In this document: in pieces, positions 7,193-14,807 of the stretch
Position numbering within the stretch: the stretch's first letter is position 1
Layout of the letters: each line of letters begins with the position of its first letter
Origin: Candidatus Eiseniibacteriota bacterium
GTDB taxonomy: Bacteria; Eisenbacteria; RBG-16-71-46
Reading direction: 5' to 3'
NCBI GenBank assembly: GCA_031366795.1
Contig: JANLOX010000310.1
Location: 1 to 14,807, forward strand
Length of the DNA: 14,807 bases
Notes under the pieces: generated by a model
What the model was told of the DNA's origin: nothing
Seen by the model: only the letters and a program-made list of their open reading frames with translations
The model's database searches: none
Program-made: the position numbers and the translations under genes

Positions 7193-7394
7193 CACCGCCG
7201 CAACCGCCGCCGTGGTTTTCTACTCCCGCTGATGGACAGGTTGCGTCCCCGCGGTGACAGGCCCGTAAAACGCGCCACTCAAGGGCGATGCCTCCATCCC
7301 CGCCCCCGGCAAGCCGCACGCTAGGGGCGGTTTTAGTTCCTTTCGCGTTGCCGAATTTTCCCTGCGGTTTCGCGGCGTTAACGCCGCCGAAACA
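7178..7394 (+). promoter_or_regulatory. Putative Pho boxes (11-bp-period direct repeats)
   Basis: TTCATT/GTAACA/GCAACC at 7178/7189/7200; GTGACA/GTAAAA at 7254/7265; TTAACG/GAAACA at 7378/7389. Segments 7190-7204 and 7379-7393 match at 13 of 15 nt. Confidence 0.5.
7300..7338 (+). terminator. Probable intrinsic terminator downstream of phoR
   Basis: Stem CCGCCCC (7300-7306) / GGGGCGG (7324-7330) followed immediately by TTTTAGTT. Confidence 0.55.
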
Positions 7395-7464
7395 GGATTC
7401 CCCGAGGATGCATCCCAGCGGACCCTCACCGAATACCCTACGCCCCCTAGCGCCGAGGAGTGCC

Positions 7465-7842
7465 ATGAGTTCGTTCGATACGCGCAGGAATGCTTCCGAC
7501 GACGCTCACGAAGTGGCCAGCGAACACCCCGCCGGCGCCCGCACGTCCCCGCGGCGCAGGCCCGGCCGCCCGCTGGAGATGACGCGCGAGCAGGTGGTCG
7601 CGCGGATCCGCGAATTGTCGGCGGCACCGGACGGACTGTTCCGCGTCCACCTTGCGGCTCCCGCTTTGTATGCGCGCGCGCGGCGGTTGTTCGGCTCGTG
7701 GTCGGCCGCGGTGCGGCTCGCCGGCGTTGATTACGAAACCTTGCAGGGCGTGGCGCGCGCCCGCTCACTGCAGACCCGCCGCCGCGACCGGCGCCGCCCG
7801 CGCGGCGCGAACGGAAGCCAACCCAACGGAGAGGCACGTTGA
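7465..7842 (+). CDS. Small basic hypothetical protein (125 aa) with one homing-endonuclease-associated-type 'FGSW' repeat; putative nucleic-acid-binding protein
   Basis: SD GAGGAG 7455-7460, ATG 7465. Motifs RRRPGRP and LYARARRLFGSWSAAVRLAGVDY, Arg-rich tail. Its TGA overlaps the porin ATG (TGATG). Confidence 0.72.
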   Translation: MSSFDTRRNASDDAHEVASEHPAGARTSPRRRPGRPLEMTREQVVARIRELSAAPDGLFRVHLAAPALYARARRLFGSWSAAVRLAGVDYETLQGVARARSLQTRRRDRRRPRGANGSQPNGEAR

Positions 7843-9101
7843 TGCGTAACCGTCTCGCGCGCGCCGGCCTGTGCATCGTCGTCGGGCTCGCCGCTGGAAG
7901 CTGTGCATCGCAGGCGATGGCACAGGTCGCGACGCAGCCTGCGGACTCGATCCAGGCACAGACCGCCACGGCCCGCGTCGTCCCCGTCGCGGTGGCGCAG
8001 CCTCCGCTCGATGCCGTGGCGCCGGCCATTGCTCCGGCGCCTCCTGATTACCCGCGCGGCAAGATCAGCGGCTACCTGTTCGGCGATGCCTACTACAACG
8101 CCAACGGTGACCCCGTCCACGTTTACAACGCCACGGGCGGGGACCTCGGGTCCGCGAATATTGATGGCGCGAAGCCCATTACCAAGGACCTGAACGGCAT
8201 TCAGCTGCGGCGCGTCTACTTCCAGCTCGATAACGACCTGTCGGTGCGTTACGCGACGCGGTTGCGGCTCGAGATGGACAGCAAGGCGCTGTCGTCCGAC
8301 GGCAAGGTGAGCGCGTTCGTGAAGAACGCGTACTTCCAGGCGCGCAGCGTGATTCCGCGCGGCGACGTCCTGTTCGGCATGGTCAACACGCCGACGTGGG
8401 AGAACGCCGAGGAGTTCTGGCAGTACCGCGCGATTGAGAAGACGCTCGCCGACGTCCGCGGCATCGGCTCGGCGTCGGACATCGGCGTGGCCCTGAAGGG
8501 CTTCGTCGATGGCGATCATCACGCGGGCTACAACCTGATGATCGGTGACGGCAACGGCCAAAAGCCCGAGACCGACCGCTTCAAGAAGGTATACCTCACA
8601 CTGCCGCTCCGTTTTGGTGAGTTGCGGCTCGAGCCGTACGTCGACGCGCAGTCGGTGCGTGTGAACCTTGCGCCCAAGGTGGCGAGCCACACCGACAGCC
8701 TCGCGGTGAACAATGACCAGGCGACCTACAAATTGTTCGCGGCTTACGAATTCCATCGCTTCGGCGTGGGCGCCGAAGGCTTGGTGCGCGTCCAACACCT
8801 GGGCCCCGCGGCGAGCCGCGAGCCGCGCGGCGCCTCGTTGTTCGCGCGCGGAACCCTGCGCCCCACCCTCGGCGCATTCGCGCGCCTCGATCTGTGGCAG
8901 CCCGACCATCGCGCCGCGAACCGTGTCGATACGCGGTTGTGGATCGCCGGCGTCGATTGGCAGCCGTTCAAGGACGTCCACCTGATGCCGAACGTCGAAG
9001 CCCTGCAGTACGTCGGCCATGGCACGGCCGTAGCACCCTCACACGCCGATGTGCAGGCGCGTATCACCGTCTATTGCCGCTTCAGCAGACCCCAATCCTG
9101 A
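7842..9101 (+). CDS. Outer-membrane porin, probably phosphate/polyphosphate-selective (OprO/OprP-like by context)
   Basis: SD GGAGAGG, signal peptide ending AMA|Q, Ala/Pro linker, then beta-strands KISGYLFGDAYY, GIQLRRVYFQLD, FVKNAYF, LWIAGVDWQP, ARITVYCRF. Lies 20 nt upstream of pstS. Confidence 0.75.
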   Translation: MRNRLARAGLCIVVGLAAGSCASQAMAQVATQPADSIQAQTATARVVPVAVAQPPLDAVAPAIAPAPPDYPRGKISGYLFGDAYYNANGDPVHVYNATGGDLGSANIDGAKPITKDLNGIQLRRVYFQLDNDLSVRYATRLRLEMDSKALSSDGKVSAFVKNAYFQARSVIPRGDVLFGMVNTPTWENAEEFWQYRAIEKTLADVRGIGSASDIGVALKGFVDGDHHAGYNLMIGDGNGQKPETDRFKKVYLTLPLRFGELRLEPYVDAQSVRVNLAPKVASHTDSLAVNNDQATYKLFAAYEFHRFGVGAEGLVRVQHLGPAASREPRGASLFARGTLRPTLGAFARLDLWQPDHRAANRVDTRLWIAGVDWQPFKDVHLMPNVEALQYVGHGTAVAPSHADVQARITVYCRFSRPQS

Positions 9102-9121
9102 ACCAACAGGAGATCCCGAAT

Positions 9122-10186
9122 ATGCGCTCCATGCTCTCGAGACTCGCACTGTTTGCGCTGACGGCCGTCACGCTGGCGGGCGCTGCCGCCGCCCAGGGAT
9201 TGACCGGCGCGGGCGCCACCTTCCCCTACCCAATCTATTCGAAGTGGTTCGACGTCTATCACCAGAAGACCGGCATCGAGATCAACTACCAGTCGATCGG
9301 CAGTGGCGCCGGGATCCAGCAGGTCAAGGCCGGCACCGTCGACTTCGGCGCCAGCGACGCCGCGCTGTCAAACGACCGGCTGCGCGAGATGCCGCGCAAG
9401 GTCCTGCACTTCCCCACCGTGGGCGGCGCCGTGGCACTGGTCGTCAACGTGCCGGGGCTCAAAGACCGGTTGAAGCTGACGCCCGCGCTGGTCAGCGGGA
9501 TCTACCTGGGCAAGATCACGACGTGGAACGATCCCGCGATCGCGGCCGTCAACGCCGGCATGACGCTGCCGGCAGCGCCGATACTCGCGGTGCATCGCTC
9601 CGATGGCAGCGGCACCACGAATATTTTCACGATGTACCTTTCGTCGGTGAGCGGTGCCTGGAAGGAATTGGTCGGCGCCAACACTTCCGTGTCGTGGCCC
9701 TCGGGTGTCGGCGGCAAGGGCAACGAAGGCGTTGCGGGTCTTGTGCGCCAGACGCCGGGTGCGATCGGTTACGTCGAGCTGGCTTATGCGAAGCAAAACC
9801 AGCTCTCGATCACGCTGGTGAAGAATCGCGCGGGCAATTTCATCGATCCTTCGCTTGAATCGACCACCGCCGCCGTCGCGGCCGCGGCCAACGCGCTGGC
9901 GAAGGATGTGCGCACGCCGATCGTCAATTCCAACGGCGGCGGCGCTTACCCGATCTCGGGCCTCACCTACCTGCTCGTCTACCAGGACTCGAAGGACCCT
10001 GCGCGCGCGCGCATGCTCGCCGACTTCATCCGCTGGGCGATTCACGACGGCCAGGCGATGGCCGGGGCGCTCGACTACGCTGCCCTGCCTGCCGCGGTCG
10101 TAAAGGTGAACGAAGCGGCACTGGCGACGCTCACCGCGAACGGCAAGAAGCTGGGCGTCGGCCCGGCCGCGACGCACGGCCGGTAG
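9122..10186 (+). CDS. pstS: Phosphate ABC transporter substrate-binding protein (354 aa)
   Basis: SD AGGAG 9108-9112, ATG 9122. Cys-free signal peptide; LTGAGATFPYP, YQSIGSGAG, DFGASD, HRSDGSGTT, GKGNEGV, GAIGYVE, YPISGLTY. Confidence 0.97.
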   Translation: MRSMLSRLALFALTAVTLAGAAAAQGLTGAGATFPYPIYSKWFDVYHQKTGIEINYQSIGSGAGIQQVKAGTVDFGASDAALSNDRLREMPRKVLHFPTVGGAVALVVNVPGLKDRLKLTPALVSGIYLGKITTWNDPAIAAVNAGMTLPAAPILAVHRSDGSGTTNIFTMYLSSVSGAWKELVGANTSVSWPSGVGGKGNEGVAGLVRQTPGAIGYVELAYAKQNQLSITLVKNRAGNFIDPSLESTTAAVAAAANALAKDVRTPIVNSNGGGAYPISGLTYLLVYQDSKDPARARMLADFIRWAIHDGQAMAGALDYAALPAAVVKVNEAALATLTANGKKLGVGPAATHGR

Positions 10187-10203
10187 ATCGTGAAGCAGCC
10201 GCG

Positions 10204-11202
10204 ATGAACCTCGCCACCGGCGAAGCACTCGGCCGCTCGGAGCTGCGGCCGCTGCCCTCGCGCAGCGGCCGTGCCGCGCGCGCGCGCTTGTTCGACCGCG
10301 TGCACTTCGGCGTGCTGCGCGGCGTGGCGCTGCTGGTGTTCGCGGCGGTGGCGTTGATCGCGTGGGAGTGCGCCGTCGGTGCGTGGCCCGCCCTGCGCGC
10401 CTACGGCTTGCCGTTCCTGTGGTCGAGCGAGTGGGATCCGGTTGCCGAGCGCTTTGGCGCCCTGCCCTACCTGTTCGGCACCGCCGTGTCCTCGACCGTC
10501 GCGCTGTTGCTTGCCGTGCCGCTGGGCATCGGCACCGCGGTGTACCTCGTCGAATTGGCGCCGCGAGGGGTCGGATCCGCGGTGTCATTTGTCGTCGAGT
10601 TGCTCGCCGCGATTCCCAGCATCGTCTATGGGCTGTGGGGCTTGTTCGTGCTGGCGCCGTTGCTGCGCACGACAGTGGAGCCGTGGCTGATCCATCACCT
10701 GGGCTTCTTGCCGCTGTTCCAGGGTTTTCCATTCGGCATCGGCATGCTCAACGCATCACTGGTGCTCGCGGTGATGATCGTGCCGACTATTGTGTCGATT
10801 TCGCGCGAAGTGCTGCGCTCCATGCCGCGCGCGCTGCGCGAAGCGGCCTTGGGGCTGGGTGCCACGCGCAGCGAAGCGATGGCCGTGACGCTCGACGCCG
10901 CGCGTCCGGGCATCCTCGGAGCGGTGATCCTGGCGCTGGGCCGCGCACTCGGCGAGACCATGGCGGTCACCATGGTGATCGGCAACACCAACCACATTTC
11001 CGCCTCGCTGCTGGCGCCCGCCTCGACGATGTCGAGCGTGATCGCCAATGAGTTCACCGAGGCGACGGGCAAGCTCCACATGTCCGCGCTGATCGAGATC
11101 GCGCTCGTACTGCTGGTGGTCGCGGTGATCGTGAATGCGAGCGCCCGGCTGCTCGTGATCTGGGCAACGGGAGGACGTCGCGATGTCGCTGGCGCCGCCT
11201 GA
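10204..11202 (+). CDS. pstC: Phosphate ABC transporter permease PstC
   Basis: WDPVAERFGALP, VELLAAIPSIVYGLWGLFV, EAA loop REAALGLGATR, GRALGETMAV. Confidence 0.96.
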   Translation: MNLATGEALGRSELRPLPSRSGRAARARLFDRVHFGVLRGVALLVFAAVALIAWECAVGAWPALRAYGLPFLWSSEWDPVAERFGALPYLFGTAVSSTVALLLAVPLGIGTAVYLVELAPRGVGSAVSFVVELLAAIPSIVYGLWGLFVLAPLLRTTVEPWLIHHLGFLPLFQGFPFGIGMLNASLVLAVMIVPTIVSISREVLRSMPRALREAALGLGATRSEAMAVTLDAARPGILGAVILALGRALGETMAVTMVIGNTNHISASLLAPASTMSSVIANEFTEATGKLHMSALIEIALVLLVVAVIVNASARLLVIWATGGRRDVAGAA

Positions 11203-12064
11203 CCACTTCCCGTTGCTGCCGCGAGCCAGCCACCGCCGCGCGCGCCGCGTGACCGACGCGTTCGTCGTGGGCGGCAGCCATCTCGCGGCGGCCGTGGTGA
11301 TGCTGCCGTTGGTGTTGATCGTGTGGCATCTGGTGATGAAGGGTGGCCCCGGGCTGTCGCTGGCGTTCTTCACGCACCTGCCCAAGCCGGTCGGCGAGGC
11401 CGGCGGCGGCATGGCGAATGCCATCGCCGGCACCGCGCTACTGGCGGGGATCGCCACGTTGATCGCCGTGCCGGTTGGTGTGGGGACAGGGGTGTTCCTC
11501 GCGGAATATGGCGACGGCAAGCTGGGCACGATGATCCGCACCACCACGGATGTGTTGAATGGCGTCCCCTCGATCGTCATCGGTGTCGCCGCGTACGGTC
11601 TCGTGGTGGTGCCGATGGGCGGGTTCTCGACCATCGCCGGCTCGATCGCATTGTCGCTGATCATGCTGCCCACGATCGCGCGCTCCACCGAGGAAGTCGT
11701 GCGCCTCGTGCCGCGTTCCTATCGCGAGGCCGCATTGGCTTTGGGTGCTCCGCGTTGGCGCGTGATTCACGATGTCGTGTTGCCCGCCGCGTCGGGCGGC
11801 GTGGTGACTGCCGTGTTGCTGGCCATCGCGCGCGCATCGGGCGAGACGGCGCCGCTGTTGTTCACGGCGCTGGGGAGCCGGTTCTGGTCGGTCGCGATCA
11901 ACCGCCCGATCGCCTCGCTGCCCGTCTACATCTTTGATTACGCGCGTGCGCCCTACGAGGACTGGAATGCCCAGGCCTGGACTGCTGCACTCGTGTTGTT
12001 GATGCTGGTGACCGTGGTGTCGGCGGCGGTTCGCGTGGCGACGCGCAACATCGTGCGCCGTTAG
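11183..12064 (+). CDS. pstA: Phosphate ABC transporter permease PstA
   Basis: [50 protein letters not shown]; overlaps pstC by 20 nt. Confidence 0.96.
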   Translation: MSLAPPDHFPLLPRASHRRARRVTDAFVVGGSHLAAAVVMLPLVLIVWHLVMKGGPGLSLAFFTHLPKPVGEAGGGMANAIAGTALLAGIATLIAVPVGVGTGVFLAEYGDGKLGTMIRTTTDVLNGVPSIVIGVAAYGLVVVPMGGFSTIAGSIALSLIMLPTIARSTEEVVRLVPRSYREAALALGAPRWRVIHDVVLPAASGGVVTAVLLAIARASGETAPLLFTALGSRFWSVAINRPIASLPVYIFDYARAPYEDWNAQAWTAALVLLMLVTVVSAAVRVATRNIVRR

Positions 12065-12089
12065 TCTGGCCTTGAGAAGGATTCCGCAT

Positions 12090-12953
12090 ATGAGCCTGAC
12101 CATTCCGCTTCCTCCGCGTCCCGTGCCCGAATCCCGTCCGCCAGGGCTCGGGGTGGGTGCTCCCGGCGAAGCCACGCAGTCCGCGACGGCGGGTGTCCCG
12201 GACATTCGCCTCGCGACGCGCGGGCTCGACCTGTTCTACGGGATTCACCAGGCCTTGAAGGATGTGACGCTCGAGATCGAATCGAACAGCGTTACCGCCA
12301 TCATCGGCCCCTCCGGATGCGGCAAGAGCACCTTGCTGCGCACCTTCAACCGCATGAACGAGTTGACTCCCGGCGTGCGCACGCGCGGCGAGGTGCTCGT
12401 CTCGGGCCTCAACATCCTGGGGCCTGAGGTCGATGTTGTGGAATTGCGCCGCCGTGTCGGCATGGTGTTCCAGCGCCCCAATCCATTCCCCAAGTCGATC
12501 TTCGACAACGTCGTATTCGGGCTGCGCCTGCTGGGTGTGCGCCACCGCGCCGAACTGGAATCGCGCTGCGAGCACAGCCTGCGCCGCGCCGCCTTGTGGG
12601 ACGAAGTACGCGACCGGCTGGACCGTTCGGCGCTGCAACTGTCGGGGGGGCAGCAGCAGCGGTTGTGCATCGCGCGTAGCCTCGCGGTGGAGCCCGAGGT
12701 CCTGCTGATGGACGAACCGGCCTCGGCGCTCGACCCCACGGCGACGGCGCGCATCGAGGAGTTGGTGCTCGACTTGAAGCAAGGCGTTACGATCGTCGTC
12801 GTCACGCACAACATGCAGCAGGCCGCGCGCATCTCCGACCGCACGGCATTCATGCTATCGGGATCACTGGTGGAGTCCGGCGTCACCAGCGAACTGTTCA
12901 CCCGCCCTCGCGCGAAGCTGACCGAGGATTACATCACCGGGCGATTCGGGTAA
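12090..12953 (+). CDS. pstB: Phosphate ABC transporter ATP-binding protein (287 aa)
   Basis: [58 protein letters not shown]-terminal [17 protein letters not shown] before ATG 12090. Confidence 0.98.
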   Translation: MSLTIPLPPRPVPESRPPGLGVGAPGEATQSATAGVPDIRLATRGLDLFYGIHQALKDVTLEIESNSVTAIIGPSGCGKSTLLRTFNRMNELTPGVRTRGEVLVSGLNILGPEVDVVELRRRVGMVFQRPNPFPKSIFDNVVFGLRLLGVRHRAELESRCEHSLRRAALWDEVRDRLDRSALQLSGGQQQRLCIARSLAVEPEVLLMDEPASALDPTATARIEELVLDLKQGVTIVVVTHNMQQAARISDRTAFMLSGSLVESGVTSELFTRPRAKLTEDYITGRFG

Positions 12954-12962
12954 GAGGGATTG

Positions 12963-13679
12963 ATGGAACGTCACTTCGAACAGGAACTGGAAGCGCTGCG
13001 CGAGCAGTTGCTGGTGATGGGCGGCCGCGCCGAGACGGCCACCCGCAAGGCAATCCGCGCGCTGGAGCGGCGCGAGCCCATGCTTGCCGACGAGGTGTTC
13101 GGCGACGACAAGGCCATCGACCGGCTCGAGATCGATATCGAGGAGCGCTGCGTGCGGCTGCTCGCGCTGCAGCAGCCGATGGCGCGCGACCTGCGATTCA
13201 TCACGGCGGCGTTGAAGATCTCCAACGATCTCGAACGCGTGGGCGATCACGCCGTCAATATCGCGCGCGCCGCAAAGCACCTGACCGGCGTGCCGCGCCT
13301 GGCGCCGGCCGTGGATATTCCCCGCCTCGAGGGGCTCGCCACCGCCATGCTGCGCGACGCGCTCGACGCCTTCGTGCGGCGTGACACCGACAGCGCCCGC
13401 TCGCTGTGCCGGCGCGACGACGAGGTGGACGAACTCAACCGCCAGATCCACCAGGAGTTGCTGGCGTTCATGCTCGAAGCACCCTCGTCGATCCCGCCTG
13501 CGCTCGAGTTGATCCTGGTGGCGCGCAATCTGGAACGCGTCGCTGACCTGGCCACGAATATCGCCGAGGAAGTCGTGTTCATCGCCGAGGCGCGGATCAT
13601 CAAGCACCACGCCGAAGCCGGAGTCGAGCTCCCGGTGCGGCCGCATACGCACGCCGACGATGACTTTGGCCGCACGTGA
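12963..13679 (+). CDS. phoU: Phosphate signalling/transport regulator PhoU (238 aa)
   Basis: MERHFEQEL, LALQQPMARDLR, DLERVGDHAVNIA, DDEVD, NLERVADLATNIAE (two PhoU repeats). Confidence 0.97.
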   Translation: MERHFEQELEALREQLLVMGGRAETATRKAIRALERREPMLADEVFGDDKAIDRLEIDIEERCVRLLALQQPMARDLRFITAALKISNDLERVGDHAVNIARAAKHLTGVPRLAPAVDIPRLEGLATAMLRDALDAFVRRDTDSARSLCRRDDEVDELNRQIHQELLAFMLEAPSSIPPALELILVARNLERVADLATNIAEEVVFIAEARIIKHHAEAGVELPVRPHTHADDDFGRT

Positions 13680-13789
13680 TGCGGGTTTACGGCGAGTGGT
13701 AGACTCATGGCTGTCTGGCTGCGCGCGCCGGAGCCCCGGCGATACGACCTAGCCTTCCTCCCCATACGGTCCCTACTCCAGTGAATGCC

Positions 13790-14323
13790 ATGAAGACCCT
13801 GCGGGTCGTCTTGTTCCGTCACGGCCCGGCCAGCAAGCGGGACGCCGCCCGCTGGCCCGATGACGATGCCCGCCCGTTGACTCCCCGCGGGGAGGCGCGC
13901 ACCCGCGCCGCGGCCGCCGGTGTCGCGGTGCTGACCGCGCGGGCGCGGGCGATCTGGACGAGTCCGCTGGTGCGCGCGGCGAGTACTGCGGCGTTGCTGC
14001 GCGAGGCCTACCGCGAGCCGCGCCTGCATGCGGTCGAGGCGCTTCGCCCGCGCGGCTCATGGCGTGAGATCATCGAGCGGCTGCAGCAAACCCAAGGCGC
14101 CGGCGGCGTGCTGGTGCTGGTGGGGCACGAGCCCGACCTGGGCAAGCTGGCGGGCAGTCTCGTGTTCGGGGCGCCGCGAGCGCTGCCGCTCAAGAAGGCC
14201 GGAGCGTGCGCGATCGACTTCGAGGGCCCGGTTGAGGCCGGCAGCGGACAGATCGCATGGCTCATGACCCCCAAACAATTGCGCGCGATGACGCGCAGCC
14301 GGCGGAAGGAAAAGACGCGGTGA
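13790..14323 (+). CDS. sixA: Phosphohistidine phosphatase SixA (histidine phosphatase superfamily)
   Basis: LFRHG catalytic motif, DDARPLT.RG, TSPLVRAASTA, LVGHEPDL, LKKAG. Start is ATG 13790 or GTG 13781. Confidence 0.9.
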   Translation: MKTLRVVLFRHGPASKRDAARWPDDDARPLTPRGEARTRAAAAGVAVLTARARAIWTSPLVRAASTAALLREAYREPRLHAVEALRPRGSWREIIERLQQTQGAGGVLVLVGHEPDLGKLAGSLVFGAPRALPLKKAGACAIDFEGPVEAGSGQIAWLMTPKQLRAMTRSRRKEKTR

Positions 14324-14807
14324 GTGCATCAGGGTTTGGAACGGCGCAGAACTACCCGGGACGGTTGTTCATCGTCGAAGGCATCGACGGCTCGGGCAAG
14401 AGCACGCAGCTGACGCTGCTGGCGCAGTGGCTGCGCAAGTCCGGCTACCCGGTCGTGTTCAGCGAATGGAACTCCTCGCCGATCGTTCGGGAGACGACTT
14501 CACGCGGCAAGCGGCGCAAGCTGCTCACGCCGCTGACGTTTTCGCTGATCCACGCCACCGACTTCACCGAACGCGTGGATCGCGAGCTGCTGCCCGCGCT
14601 GAAGGCGGGCGCCATCGTGCTGGCCGACCGCTACGTCTATACCGCGTTCGCGCGTGACGTCGCGCGCGGCATCGATCCGGACTGGGTGAAGTCGCTGTAC
14701 CGCTTCGCCCCCTCTCCTACCGCGGCGTTCTATTTCCGCGTTCCACTCGAAGTGGCGCTGCATCGCATCCTGACCGGACGGCCGCGGCTCAAGTGGTACG
14801 AGGCCGG
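14320..14807 (+). CDS. Thymidylate-kinase (Tmk)-family P-loop kinase, divergent; truncated by window edge
   Basis: Not in the ORF track. GTG 14320 overlaps the sixA stop (GTGA), SD AAGGA 14306-14310. Translation: MSASGFGTAQNYPGRLFIVEGIDGSGKSTQ...VFSEWNSSPIV...TFSLIHATDF...PALKAGAIVLADRYVYTAFARD...FYFRVPLEVALHRI...LKWYEA. Confidence 0.9.
   Translation, partial: MSASGFGTAQNYPGRLFIVEGIDGSGKSTQLTLLAQWLRKSGYPVVFSEWNSSPIVRETTSRGKRRKLLTPLTFSLIHATDFTERVDRELLPALKAGAIVLADRYVYTAFARDVARGIDPDWVKSLYRFAPSPTAAFYFRVPLEVALHRILTGRPRLKWYEA

Noticed and set aside
7842..7905. Lipobox (AAGSC) in the porin signal peptide
   Set aside because: Poor match to [LVI][ASTVI][GAS]C; a signal peptidase I site AMA|Q follows.
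5413..13652. Many long minus-strand ORFs (379, 354, 269, 429, 454, 310, 303, 262 aa)
   Set aside because: Antisense shadows of well-supported pho/pst genes; Arg/Ala-rich and without motifs.
13606..13679. His/Asp-containing PhoU C-terminal tail
   Set aside because: Short variable tails are common on PhoU, and this one is too short to argue for a separate metal-binding module.
1..14807. CRISPR arrays, tRNA/rRNA genes, transposases, integrases or phage genes
   Set aside because: No regularly spaced repeats, cloverleaf or rRNA motifs, or mobile-element proteins were seen.

Overview
GC-rich window from a diderm bacterium (two outer-membrane beta-barrel genes, periplasmic-type PstS) that spans the chromosomal replication origin. 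On the minus strand lie dnaN (3' end runs off the window), dnaA with DnaA-box clusters on both sides (oriC, with the unwinding element between dnaA and dnaN), a small beta-barrel protein and a GNAT acetyltransferase. The rpmH gene usually found upstream of dnaA is absent. Diverging on the plus strand is an extended phosphate cluster: phoB-phoR, a structured 272-bp intergenic region with Pho-box-like repeats, a 125-aa basic protein with one 'FGSW' repeat, a porin, pstS-pstC-pstA-pstB-phoU, sixA, and a truncated, divergent thymidylate-kinase-fold protein. The best candidates for something new are the Tmk-like kinase coupled to sixA (possible polyphosphate-related kinase), the FGSW-repeat protein heading the porin-pst operon, and a ~145-nt rod-like inverted repeat upstream of dnaA. 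All calls were made by eye from motifs and context; no database searches were run.
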